NCBI GenBank assembly: GCA_964554185.1
Contig: CAZKNJ010000003.1
Span: forward strand, 2,968-66,967
DNA from: an uncultured Planctomycetales bacterium
Lineage (GTDB): Bacteria > 4484-113
Length of the DNA: 64,000 bases
Reading direction: 5' to 3'
Shown here piece by piece: positions 8,004 to 16,766 of the stretch (position 1 is the stretch's first letter; each line of letters begins with the position of its first letter). The position numbers were made by a program, and so were the translations under genes. Below the pieces are notes generated by a model. That model saw only the letters and a list, made by a program, of their open reading frames with translations, searched no databases and was not told the origin of the DNA.

Positions 8004-10778
8004 ATGAGATTCTGGGCGACGCTATTTGGGCTTATAGCCCTGTTCGTCGTTCTATCAGCCTGCGGTGGAGGTGGGGGCGGCTCCAAGGCCCTGATCACTC
8101 CGCCGGTAGGGACAGACCAGAACAGCGGCAACAACCCGTTGCCGCCTGCTTTCGAGTCTGTCGACGTTGAGGTTCCGCTTGAAGCTGAGGAGGCGGGTGA
8201 GATCGGGGGCGTCGTGGCCGATTACCTAGGCAACACCGTTCCCGACCTGGAGGTATACCTCAACAGCCCAGACAACCTTGTCTCCAGCACGGATGAAGAC
8301 GGCAAGTTCGTGGTAGCCGGGGTTGTTGCGGGCGAACACGAGCTGATGATCGGGATTGAGGGCACGGTCGTCGCGTCCTATACGCTCAACTACGACGACA
8401 CTACCCCGATGAACCTTGCGCTCTCGCCATCAGGCTTGCGCACGGTTTCCGAGTTTGAACGCTTTGGCGCATTGGCAGGAAGGGTGACCAATGAGCAGGA
8501 GAATCCCGTTCCAGGCGTACGTGTGCTTATCTTCAACGGCCAGGGCTTCTTCCTGGTCAAGCGCACGAATGAGAACGGCGTGTACGAGTTCCCCCGCGTG
8601 CCGGTGGGCGAATACCACCTGCTGGGCTATAAGCGCGGCTACCGCACGCACGTTGGACAAGTGGCGATAAACGCCGATGAGCTAACCCACTATGACTTCG
8701 TTATGCGCGGCTTCCCGGTCGGCCGGGTGGTCGGCACTGTTGGCGACGAGGAGGGGCGCGCGCTGCCGCGTGTTCATGTGTTCCTGCTCTATCGTGAGGG
8801 GGACGGCGACCGTCCGCCTCTTTCTTTTCACGCGATGACGAATGAGCATGGCGAGTACGCGTTTTACGAGGTGCCTGCGGGTCTGGCCGATATGCTTGCC
8901 TTCAAGCCTGGGTACGAGCCGGAAGATGCAGTGGTGACGGTCCCGCCGCAGGGGCAGGTCGTACAGAACTTCGTTCTGCACCAGACCGGGCCGCCGCCTC
9001 CGCCCCCGCCGCCGGATGTTGCTTCCCTCTCCGGGCACGTGTTCGGCGGGGAGGACCATCCACTCGGAGGCGCGCTGGTTGAGCTGTTCCGCGGCGATGA
9101 TCTGTACTTCTCGGCCACCACCGGCGATGAAGGCGTATACCACTTCGAGGAGATTCCGGTGGGGCATTACGTCTTCGAGGTCTCGGCCGAAGGATACGGG
9201 GCCATTCGCGGCGAGCTCGTGCTCCAGCCGGGGCAGAACCACCGCGACTTCTACCTGCCGCCCAATCCGCCTCCATTCGGCTCGATTGAAGGCACCGTCT
9301 TCTGGGGCGAGTCCGAGGAGCGCGTGGTCGGCGCGCGGGTGGAGCTGTGGGTGCCCGGTGAGGGCGGCGAGCTGCACAAGATCCGCGAAACGCAGACCAA
9401 TGAGAATGGCCGCTTCTGCTTCGGAGAAGTTCCGCCTGGCCCCGGCCTGGTTAAAGCCTTCAAAGAAGACCATGCGGGCGCAGCGGAGTACTTCCTGGAG
9501 CCCGGCCAGAACATTGAAGTGACCTTGGGCATCTTCCCCTCGCAAGAGTGGAGCGGGAAGATAATCGGTCGTACCCGCATCGTCGATCCCGAGCACCCCG
9601 ACCAGTTCATCAATATCCCCGGCGTGGAAGTGAAGCTATTCTACGGCCCGCCGGGTGAAGACAATCCGCCGCTGGCCGTTACTTACAGCGGAGATGGCGG
9701 CTTGTACCAGTTCCTGAACCTACCGCCCACCGAGCCTGACAGGCAGTACGTCCTGGTGGCGCACAAGCAGATGGAAGGCCAGATGTGGGTCGGCATGGAA
9801 GACACACCTCTGGGCGAAAACCAGGTGGTGGAGCTTCATATCACGCTCCATCCCGAAGGGCCGCCGCCTGGAGCCATTTTCGGATTCGTCTTTAAGGGCG
9901 AGACTGATGCAAAGGTGCCCGGCGCGCACGCACTGCTCTTCCACGGTGAGCCCGGCGAAGAGAATCCACCGATAAGAGACACATGGAGCACGGATGGCGG
10001 AGCTTACCACTTCGGTGAGCTTCCTCCCAGCGGTGATCTGCCTTACGTAATTGTGGCTGAAAAGGAGATTGAAGGGCAGCTCTGGCGCGGCGCTGCAGAC
10101 ACGCATCTGGAACAAGGGCAGGAGAAGCGCGTAGACGTTCACATCTTCCCCGCCCCGCCGCCCAACAGCGTGCTGTTCGGCAAGGTGTTGCGTCCCGACC
10201 CGGAGAATCCCGATCACCTGATCCCGGTCCCCGGCGCGGTCGTGAAGCTCTGGCACGGTGCACCTGGTGGTCCGCCGCTGCGCACGGCAGAGACCGGCCC
10301 TGAGGGCTGGTTTGAGTTTGGTGAGCTTCTGCCCAGCGGCGAAGTGCCCTACACGCTCTTTGCCGAAAGGTGGATTGAGGAAGTTCACTTCGCTGGTTGG
10401 GCTGACGGCATCTGGCTACCGCCGGGCCAGGAGGTCCGGGTGGACGTCGTTGTCCACGCAGAGGGGCCACCTCCGCTGGCCGACATCCGTGGCTTCATCT
10501 TCCGCGAGGACCCGGAGAATCCCGATGGCCACATCCCGGTTCCCGGTGCAGTGGTGAAGCTGTATCACGGCGACCCGGAAGGCCAGGAACCTCTGCGCAC
10601 GATAGAGAGCAATGGTGAAGGCCATTACGCCTTTGAGGAGCTGGAACCCAGTGGAGACGTTCCGTATTTCGTGGTCGCCAGCAAGTGGATAGAAGAGGTG
10701 TTCTTCACTGGTTTGGAGGACACCCACCTGGGACAGGACGACGTGGAGCTAAACGTCTGGATCTGGCCGGAGGACTAG
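8004..10778 (+). CDS. secreted or lipoprotein surface protein built of ~9 tandem CarboxypepD_reg/Cna-B-like beta-sandwich repeats with Pro-rich linkers
   Basis: 924 aa. Signal and lipobox LFVVLSACGGGGGG. Repeated units ending in GPPPP-type linkers. A PPPPPPPP run occurs. The last four units are clearly paralogous, for example PENPDHLIPVPGAVVKLWHG versus PENPDGHIPVPGAVVKLYHG. Confidence 0.7.
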   Translation: MRFWATLFGLIALFVVLSACGGGGGGSKALITPPVGTDQNSGNNPLPPAFESVDVEVPLEAEEAGEIGGVVADYLGNTVPDLEVYLNSPDNLVSSTDEDGKFVVAGVVAGEHELMIGIEGTVVASYTLNYDDTTPMNLALSPSGLRTVSEFERFGALAGRVTNEQENPVPGVRVLIFNGQGFFLVKRTNENGVYEFPRVPVGEYHLLGYKRGYRTHVGQVAINADELTHYDFVMRGFPVGRVVGTVGDEEGRALPRVHVFLLYREGDGDRPPLSFHAMTNEHGEYAFYEVPAGLADMLAFKPGYEPEDAVVTVPPQGQVVQNFVLHQTGPPPPPPPPDVASLSGHVFGGEDHPLGGALVELFRGDDLYFSATTGDEGVYHFEEIPVGHYVFEVSAEGYGAIRGELVLQPGQNHRDFYLPPNPPPFGSIEGTVFWGESEERVVGARVELWVPGEGGELHKIRETQTNENGRFCFGEVPPGPGLVKAFKEDHAGAAEYFLEPGQNIEVTLGIFPSQEWSGKIIGRTRIVDPEHPDQFINIPGVEVKLFYGPPGEDNPPLAVTYSGDGGLYQFLNLPPTEPDRQYVLVAHKQMEGQMWVGMEDTPLGENQVVELHITLHPEGPPPGAIFGFVFKGETDAKVPGAHALLFHGEPGEENPPIRDTWSTDGGAYHFGELPPSGDLPYVIVAEKEIEGQLWRGAADTHLEQGQEKRVDVHIFPAPPPNSVLFGKVLRPDPENPDHLIPVPGAVVKLWHGAPGGPPLRTAETGPEGWFEFGELLPSGEVPYTLFAERWIEEVHFAGWADGIWLPPGQEVRVDVVVHAEGPPPLADIRGFIFREDPENPDGHIPVPGAVVKLYHGDPEGQEPLRTIESNGEGHYAFEELEPSGDVPYFVVASKWIEEVFFTGLEDTHLGQDDVELNVWIWPED
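9596..10778 (+). repeat. intragenic tandem repeat of ~100-aa units (four closely related copies) at the 3' end of the surface-protein gene
   Basis: Similarity is visible at nucleotide level, for example cccggagaatcccgat near 10196 and near 10511. The protein units are alignable. Confidence 0.6.
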
Positions 10779-10805
10779 ACACCGAATACGCTCGCTGACT
10801 GACGC

Positions 10806-10833
10806 AGAAGGGCCCGCCCCGGCGGGCCCTTCT
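10806..10833 (+). terminator. hairpin, candidate intrinsic terminator after the surface-protein gene
   Basis: agaagggcccgcc-cc-ggcgggcccttct forms a perfect 13-bp stem, followed by gattctc. Confidence 0.5.
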
Positions 10834-10876
10834 GATTCTCGGTTGGAGGCAGCGTAGGCGAACTGCAATAAACGTG

Positions 10877-10885
10877 TGCTAAAAT
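10877..10885 (+). promoter_or_regulatory. extended -10 TGcTAAAAT upstream of doxX
   Basis: Lies 35 nt upstream of the ATG at 10921, which is preceded by TAGGAGGGG. Confidence 0.35.
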
Positions 10886-10920
10886 ACCTCAACTCTGGGA
10901 CTTCGCTAGGAGGGGTACTT

Positions 10921-11451
10921 ATGAAAGAGGATGGGCGTATCATCGCCTTCAGTTCGGGCGTGTTCATTATGCGCCTGGTTATCGGGCTTGCTCTTGTCCT
11001 GCACGGCGGCCAGATTATGTTCCAGTGGTGGAGCGGCCTGGGAATGCAGGACTACGCCAACTACCTGGAACTTCAGGGCCTGGACTTCTTCATCGGCCCC
11101 CTTGGTTGGGCCTGGGTGATTGCGCTGGCGCAGTTCGTTGGCGGCATTCTCCTGGTCTTCGGCCTGCTCACGCGCCTAACCGCCTTCGTGAACGCCGTAG
11201 TTCTCGTTCTCATCTTCAGCATTATTGAGATGGAGGCGGGTTTCTTCATCAGCATGCCGGGCCTGAGCGATACCGGCGACGTGGTGATGAACTATCTGGG
11301 CGGCGGAGAGTATTCGCTAGTACTAGCGGGAGTGCTGGCTGGCTTGTTCCTTACCGGCGCCGGAAAGTACTCGCTGGATTCCGGCTTTGCGGTCAAGCCC
11401 CGCAAGCCCAAGGCCGAGGCCAAACCAGCCGAACCACCTAAGACGGAGTAG
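10921..11451 (+). CDS. DoxX family membrane protein
   Basis: Hydrophobic segments LVIGLALVLHGG...WAWVIALAQFVGGILLVFGLLTRL typical of DoxX. The ATG at 10921 has a strong RBS. The track ORF starts at a GTG at 10876. Confidence 0.65.
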   Translation: MKEDGRIIAFSSGVFIMRLVIGLALVLHGGQIMFQWWSGLGMQDYANYLELQGLDFFIGPLGWAWVIALAQFVGGILLVFGLLTRLTAFVNAVVLVLIFSIIEMEAGFFISMPGLSDTGDVVMNYLGGGEYSLVLAGVLAGLFLTGAGKYSLDSGFAVKPRKPKAEAKPAEPPKTE

Positions 11452-11457
11452 CGCGGG

Positions 11458-12285
11458 TTAGGGATACCGCGCCGCAATTGCCTGCACGAGCTTGGCGTTG
11501 AGCTTGTGGCCGCTCTTGACGCCGAGGATGTGGGCGTTCAGCCTGCGTCCGAGAACGTGCATATCACCCATCATATCCAGTATCTTGTGCCGGGCGAACT
11601 CGCCGGGCATTCGCAGCTCCGGTTTCGTGCCCGCCCGTACGACGAGCCCCATGCTCTCGTCAGTTGCCCCGATCAGGCCCTTCTCCTGGGCAATTCGGGC
11701 TTCCTCCTCCATAATGAATGACCTTGCCGGCAGCACGGTATCGGCCAGATTCTCCGCGTCCAGATCAACGCTTACGTACTCCACGCCGATTTCCTGATAC
11801 TGGCTGTAGTCCAACACGAATGAGAACCGCCGCTGCTCGTCCGGCAACACCACCACCACTGCGCCGTTGTCACCGTGCACTGCGAGAGGCCGGTGGAAGC
11901 GGATTTCTCTCAGGGGCGCATCCTGTTCCACCACGCCCACTGAACTCAGTTGCTCCGAGTAGACCTTTGCGCTGCCGTCAAACGCCGGAAGCTCCGGCCC
12001 GTCAAGCTCCACTTCCAGGTTCGCAATCCCGAAAGCGGAGCAGGCGGCCAGCAAGTGCTCCACCACCTCAACCGAGATATTACCTGACGTGATGCTGGAG
12101 CAGTTAGGGCGTGGTTGCTGTGTCTTGGGAGATACGGCAAGCCTTGCTCCAGACAAGTCGGTGCGGACGAGTACAATGCCCGAATCGGGCTCCGCGGGAA
12201 GCAGCCGCACGGTTGTCTGCCGGTTGTGGATGAAGCCCTTCCCCTGCAGCTCAACGGGCTTCTTGATTGTTTTCTGAAGGGCCAT
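11458..12285 (-). CDS. lpxC: UDP-3-O-acyl-N-acetylglucosamine deacetylase
   Basis: 275 aa. LpxC N-terminus MALQKTIKKPVELQGKGFIHNRQTTVRL...EHLLAAC and C-terminus HKLNAKLVQAI. Confidence 0.9.
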   Translation of the reverse strand: MALQKTIKKPVELQGKGFIHNRQTTVRLLPAEPDSGIVLVRTDLSGARLAVSPKTQQPRPNCSSITSGNISVEVVEHLLAACSAFGIANLEVELDGPELPAFDGSAKVYSEQLSSVGVVEQDAPLREIRFHRPLAVHGDNGAVVVVLPDEQRRFSFVLDYSQYQEIGVEYVSVDLDAENLADTVLPARSFIMEEEARIAQEKGLIGATDESMGLVVRAGTKPELRMPGEFARHKILDMMGDMHVLGRRLNAHILGVKSGHKLNAKLVQAIAARYP

Positions 12286-12357
12286 CGGCCAGCGGTAACT
12301 TTAGCACATCGCCGTCGCTGGCGGCCGCCTCAATGTGGGCGCAGGTCGCGAACATCA

Positions 12358-12386
12358 TTGCCGCGCGCCCGTCTGTATAGTATAAT
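12358..12386 (+). promoter_or_regulatory. sigma70-type promoter (-35 TTGCCG, 17-nt spacer, -10 TATAAT) for hpf
   Basis: TATAAT at 12381-12386 and TTGCCG at 12358-12363. AAAGGAGG RBS before the ATG at 12429. Confidence 0.5.
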
Positions 12387-12428
12387 ATCCCTGAAGGCAA
12401 GTTCCTTGAAAGGAGGCACCCCATACCG

Positions 12429-12974
12429 ATGCAAGTGACGATAAAGGGGAAGAACTTTGACGTATCCGACCGCCTCAAGGAGTACGCTGACCGCAAGGTG
12501 GGCAAGCTGAGCAAGTACTTCAACCACATCCTCTCAGCCACCATCGAGTTCGCCGACGAAGCCGGCGGCAAGAAGCAGAACGCCCGTAAGGCCGAGATAA
12601 CGCTCAATGCGGCCGGGCAAATTCTGCGGGCTGAGGTGGTTGGAAGCTCGTTTTACACGAGCCTTGACTCAGCTGCCGACAAGCTCGAGCGGCAACTGCG
12701 CAAGTTCAAGACCCGCCTGATTGACAGCCGCCGGGGCAACGGCGAGGATGAGCTTGAAGCTGCCGCTGCGGCGGCCGGTCGACCGGATCCGGAGGATGAG
12801 CTGGTGCGAATCAAGCGGTTCAGCCTGAAACCGATGACGCCGGAAGAGGCGGTGCTCCAGATGGAACTCTCAAACCACGACTTCTACCTGTTCCGCGTGC
12901 CGGATTCCAATCAAGTAGCGGCCGTGTACCGCCGCAAGTCCGGCGGTTTCGGCATGCTGGTTCCTGACGAGTAA
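12429..12974 (+). CDS. hpf: ribosome hibernation promoting factor (long form)
   Basis: 181 aa. MQVTIKGKNFDVSDRLKEYADRKVGKLSKYF, and a C-terminal dimerisation domain RIKRFSLKPMTPEEAVLQMELSNHDFYLF. Confidence 0.9.
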   Translation: MQVTIKGKNFDVSDRLKEYADRKVGKLSKYFNHILSATIEFADEAGGKKQNARKAEITLNAAGQILRAEVVGSSFYTSLDSAADKLERQLRKFKTRLIDSRRGNGEDELEAAAAAAGRPDPEDELVRIKRFSLKPMTPEEAVLQMELSNHDFYLFRVPDSNQVAAVYRRKSGGFGMLVPDE

Positions 12975-12978
12975 CCCG

Positions 12979-14109
12979 TCACGGGCAACTGGTGAAGGTG
13001 AAAGCGAAGCCCTCCAGCCCGGGGGTGAGCCATACCAGCTCAAGCTGGTGGCGCCCAACGCCCTGATTGCGCGCCAGGTTGTACATTCTGGGCGTGTCCA
13101 CTATCACGATGCTGCGCCCGTCCTTATAACTCACTTGCTCGCCCGCCACGGCCTTATCCAGCGATGCACCGTCCTGCGCGATGATGAGTTTGCCGGGACC
13201 GTCCGCTGGCGGATGCAGCACCAGGTTCAGCTCCATCCCCTCGTAGTCCAGCAGCAGCCGCCCGGGTTTGGCCTCGTCACCCGTGAACTTGACGCTCCAG
13301 GAGGTGGCTTCAAACGGGCCCTCCAAATAGACTGTGTGGGGTTCTAACTTCTCTGGCAAAACGTAATCGGCGCTCGCGTTATGGATATGCCCGCCACGGT
13401 TGCCCAGGCGCCCCCGGGCGTACCCGAGATACAGCTCCGGGGTCACGGGCAGCGCGCAGAACTCTCCCTCGCTTCCGGTTGGCGTGCGCGGCACCTCCGG
13501 CAGCTGCACGTCCGGGTCAATCTCTCGCAGCAGCGCCTGAATGCCGCGCTCGCTTTCCTCATATCCGCCCTCGCCGAAGTGCCAGCTTCGCAGCCGCAGG
13601 TTGCGGTCAAAGAAGTACTTGGCCGGCCAGTAGCTGTTGCCCAGGCTCTGCCAGATGGCGAAGTCGTTATCCAGCACTATCGGGTATTCCAGCCCGAATG
13701 CTTCCACTGCCCGCCGCACGTTCGCCACCTCGGTGGCAAAGGGAAACTCCGGCGCGTGCACGCCGATGATTACCAGCCCCTTGTCCTTGTAGCGTTCGTG
13801 CCACTGCTTGATGTAGGGTAGGGTGCGGATGCAATTCACGCATGTGTAGTCCCAGATGTCCAGCAGCACTGCCTTTCCCTCAAGATCCTCCGCTTTCAGA
13901 GGCTTGGAGTTCAGCCAGGCCGCGCCCTTCAGTTCGGGTAACCGCATTCCGATTCTCCTGTCAGTTTCGCTTGAGGCCGCTCGCTTTTGGAAAGCCGCCA
14001 ACTCGCTCCCGCCGACTGCGGTGCTCTCCTGAGCTGATTCTGGTTTCACGCAGGCGGTGCCGGCGGCCAGCAGCAGCAGCGCAATCACAAGTGTAAGTTG
14101 TCTTACCAT
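12979..14109 (-). CDS. secreted thioredoxin-fold (TlpA/redoxin-like, CVNC active site) protein with ~170-aa C-terminal extension
   Basis: Signal peptide. Redoxin core LLDIWDYTCVNCIRTLPYI...GVHAPEF...YPIVLDND. The C-terminal domain is unassigned. Confidence 0.65.
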   Translation of the reverse strand: MVRQLTLVIALLLLAAGTACVKPESAQESTAVGGSELAAFQKRAASSETDRRIGMRLPELKGAAWLNSKPLKAEDLEGKAVLLDIWDYTCVNCIRTLPYIKQWHERYKDKGLVIIGVHAPEFPFATEVANVRRAVEAFGLEYPIVLDNDFAIWQSLGNSYWPAKYFFDRNLRLRSWHFGEGGYEESERGIQALLREIDPDVQLPEVPRTPTGSEGEFCALPVTPELYLGYARGRLGNRGGHIHNASADYVLPEKLEPHTVYLEGPFEATSWSVKFTGDEAKPGRLLLDYEGMELNLVLHPPADGPGKLIIAQDGASLDKAVAGEQVSYKDGRSIVIVDTPRMYNLARNQGVGRHQLELVWLTPGLEGFAFTFTSCP

Positions 14110-14195
14110 TGGCTAGTCTAGTACCTGATTAACCGCGTATGTATTGTGCTCCAGTGCATCCCGGCTGGGGTGCGGCATCGGTAATCGCCCCTTGG

Positions 14196-14204
14196 TGGTA
14201 TAAT
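14196..14204 (+). promoter_or_regulatory. extended -10 TGgTATAAT only 9 nt upstream of the clpX ATG (near-leaderless)
   Basis: cttgGTGgTATAATtgtctatct then ATG at 14214. No SD sequence between them. Confidence 0.45.
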
Positions 14205-14213
14205 TGTCTATCT

Positions 14214-15605
14214 ATGAGCGGTCGCGGTGACGACAGCGGAACCTACGCCGGCAACCCGCGCTGCAGCTTCTGCGGCGAAGAGCAGGCCTCACGTAACGTG
14301 CGGATGATCAAGGGGCCCGGCATTTACATCTGCGAGGAATGCGTCAACATCTGCAAGGAGCTGCTGGACGGCCCCAAGTTCCAGGCCACGCCCAAGGTCG
14401 CGCTGGGGGAGATTCCCACCCCCCAGGAAGTAGTACGCTACCTTGACGAGTACGTTATCCGCCAGGGCCACGCCAAGAAGGTCATCGCCGTAGCGGTCTA
14501 CAACCACTACAAGCGCATCAACGCGCTCACCAGCCCCAACATCGAGTTGCAGAAGAGCAATATCCTGCTCATCGGCCCCACGGGCGTGGGCAAGACGCTG
14601 CTGGCGCAGAAGATAGCCAACATCCTTGATGTCCCCTTCGCCATCGCCGACGCGACCACGCTCACCGAGGCCGGCTACGTCGGCGAAGACGTGGAGAACA
14701 TCCTCCTGCGCCTGTACCAGGTCGCCCAGGCCCAGTCGCCCAACGCCAACGCCGCCGAGGTCCTGGCCCGCACCGAGCGCGGCATCATCTACATTGACGA
14801 GCTTGACAAGATCGCCCGCAAGAGCGAGAACCCGTCCATCACCCGTGATGTCTCCGGCGAGGGCGTGCAGCAGGCGCTGCTGAAGATACTCGAGGGCACG
14901 GTGGCGAATGTCCCACCCCACGGCGGCCGCAAGCATCCGCAGGACGAGTTCCTGCAGGTCTGCACCAACAACATCCTGTTCATCTGCGGCGGCACCTTTG
15001 ACGGCCTGGAGAAGATAGTGGAGCGGCGGCTGGGGCAGCGCACCATCGGCTTCCGTTCCCAGGAGAGCGCTGCCAAGGGCGCTGATAAGAGCCGCTACGA
15101 CATCCTCCAGCATGTGGAGCCGGACGACTTCATGAAGTACGGCCTGATACCCGAGCTGGTGGGCCGCCTGCCAGTCGCCGCCGCGCTGGAGGACCTGGAC
15201 GTGGACGCGCTGGTGGAGATCCTCTACAAGCCCGCCAACGCGCTGGTGAAGCAGTACCAGTACATCTTCCGCGAAGACGGGGTGGAGCTGCGCTTCACCC
15301 GCGGGGCGCTGCGGCGCATCGCGCGGCTGGCCAAGAAGCTGGGAACCGGCGCGCGCGGGCTGCGAAGCATCACCGAGAAGCTGCTGCTGGACTTCATGTA
15401 CGACCTGCCGAACCGCAAGCAGGAAGGCACGCTCACGATAGACGCCAAGGACGTGAACAAAGTGTTCGCCGGCAGTATTGTCCCGTTTGAAACATCTGAC
15501 GAGGAAGACGAGTCTGATGAAGCGGTGGCCGCGCCGGCGCCGCGCCCGAGGCGGAAGGAAGGCCAGTTGCAGTTGCCCCCGGCCGAACCCGAAGTTGCGG
15601 GCTAG
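14214..15605 (+). CDS. clpX: ATP-dependent Clp protease ATP-binding subunit ClpX
   Basis: Zinc-binding CSFCGEEQ...ICEECV. Walker [12 protein letters not shown]-like loop. A C-terminal acidic Pro-rich tail is extra. The start at MSGRGDD matches the ClpX N-terminus; the track ORF begins at 14139. Confidence 0.95.
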   Translation: MSGRGDDSGTYAGNPRCSFCGEEQASRNVRMIKGPGIYICEECVNICKELLDGPKFQATPKVALGEIPTPQEVVRYLDEYVIRQGHAKKVIAVAVYNHYKRINALTSPNIELQKSNILLIGPTGVGKTLLAQKIANILDVPFAIADATTLTEAGYVGEDVENILLRLYQVAQAQSPNANAAEVLARTERGIIYIDELDKIARKSENPSITRDVSGEGVQQALLKILEGTVANVPPHGGRKHPQDEFLQVCTNNILFICGGTFDGLEKIVERRLGQRTIGFRSQESAAKGADKSRYDILQHVEPDDFMKYGLIPELVGRLPVAAALEDLDVDALVEILYKPANALVKQYQYIFREDGVELRFTRGALRRIARLAKKLGTGARGLRSITEKLLLDFMYDLPNRKQEGTLTIDAKDVNKVFAGSIVPFETSDEEDESDEAVAAPAPRPRRKEGQLQLPPAEPEVAG

Positions 15606-15637
15606 GCTGCTGGTCTTTCAGTTCTGAGGAGGGAAAC

Positions 15638-16702
15638 ATGCGTACTTCACGCATTCTGCTGACCATCACCAGCGCATTGACAGTGCTGCTGTATACCCAG
15701 TCGATCTTGGCCGATCTTGAACCTGGAACCGAAATACCACCAGTTGACTGGGCGGAGGTTGCGACCGAAGTGCAGGACTGCCGCTTGGGCGCGGACGAGC
15801 TTGGCGGTTACGTTGCGCTGGAAGAGCTGCAATTCAGCAAGGGGCTGTACTGGTTTGCCTCGCCCGAGGAATGCCGCCTCAAGCTGCTTCCGTTCTACTT
15901 AGATGACCGCTTCGCCGGGGAGCTTCCGCTGGACCTGGTTTATGATGTAATCCAGCGTGGGGACATCCCGCTGACCAGAGAGCTGGCTCAACTAATTGGC
16001 GTCAAGCGCAACGCCCTGCCGGACTGGAAGGAACTCACGCGCACCGAGCGCTTGCAGCTTTTCGCCTCCTTCCCCGCACCGGAGCGCAACATGCCGCTGC
16101 CGATGGCGCACCCGCCCTTCGCGCTGACGCTGCCGGGCGCGATGGCAGCGCAAGAGCTTGGCGCCGTTGACGGGCTGGGCGGCTTCTTGGCTGTGGCCTT
16201 CGCCGACCCGGAAAGCACCGTCAGGTTCGATGCCGACCACCGCATGTATTCGGGCGGACGCTGGCTGCCTCGATTCACGAAGCGCTACCTGCGCCTCATT
16301 GCTAACCAGCAGACCGGCGGCTTTTTTGAGCCGTGGCACGAGAACTTCTCGCCGGGGAACGGCTACTTCATCAGGATTGACCGACCGGAAGCGATTGATG
16401 CACTGGTGGACTACTGCGCGGTTGCCGACCGCGACCTGCTGCTGCGCCGGATAGCCGTCCATCCGCCCTCGAGGGCCATAAAGGAGCCCATGGGCGGTAC
16501 TGCCGGAACCATGCTGTGGCTGCGTTCGGTGGACCCGGTCAAGGTAGTCCGCGACGCCCTTGAGACGGGTCAACTTCAGGAGTATGTCTCGTTCTACTAC
16601 TTCCGGATGTACGGCAGCGAGCGGGTGATCGCCGAGGGCATTGTCCTCGCGCCGACCGAGCAGGCGCTGACCACCGCCGCCGAGAGCAGCGTTCGCGGCT
16701 GA
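15638..16702 (+). CDS. secreted protein, EPWH-GNGY module family, paralog A
   Basis: Signal peptide MRTSRILLTITSALTVLLYTQSILA. GGAGG RBS. Contains LTRTERLQLF, then FFEPWHENFSPGNGYFIRI, then FYYFRMYGSERVIAEGIV. Confidence 0.65.
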   Translation: MRTSRILLTITSALTVLLYTQSILADLEPGTEIPPVDWAEVATEVQDCRLGADELGGYVALEELQFSKGLYWFASPEECRLKLLPFYLDDRFAGELPLDLVYDVIQRGDIPLTRELAQLIGVKRNALPDWKELTRTERLQLFASFPAPERNMPLPMAHPPFALTLPGAMAAQELGAVDGLGGFLAVAFADPESTVRFDADHRMYSGGRWLPRFTKRYLRLIANQQTGGFFEPWHENFSPGNGYFIRIDRPEAIDALVDYCAVADRDLLLRRIAVHPPSRAIKEPMGGTAGTMLWLRSVDPVKVVRDALETGQLQEYVSFYYFRMYGSERVIAEGIVLAPTEQALTTAAESSVRG

Positions 16703-16766
16703 ACAGTGCACACGCTTGGTGCGTCATACCTGCATCCAGTAACAAACACTTCCGAGGAGGGGGACG

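Noticed and set aside
8985-9015. CCG-rich codon repeat encoding PPPPPPPP
   Set aside because: Simple coding repeat inside the surface-protein gene. It is not an independent element.
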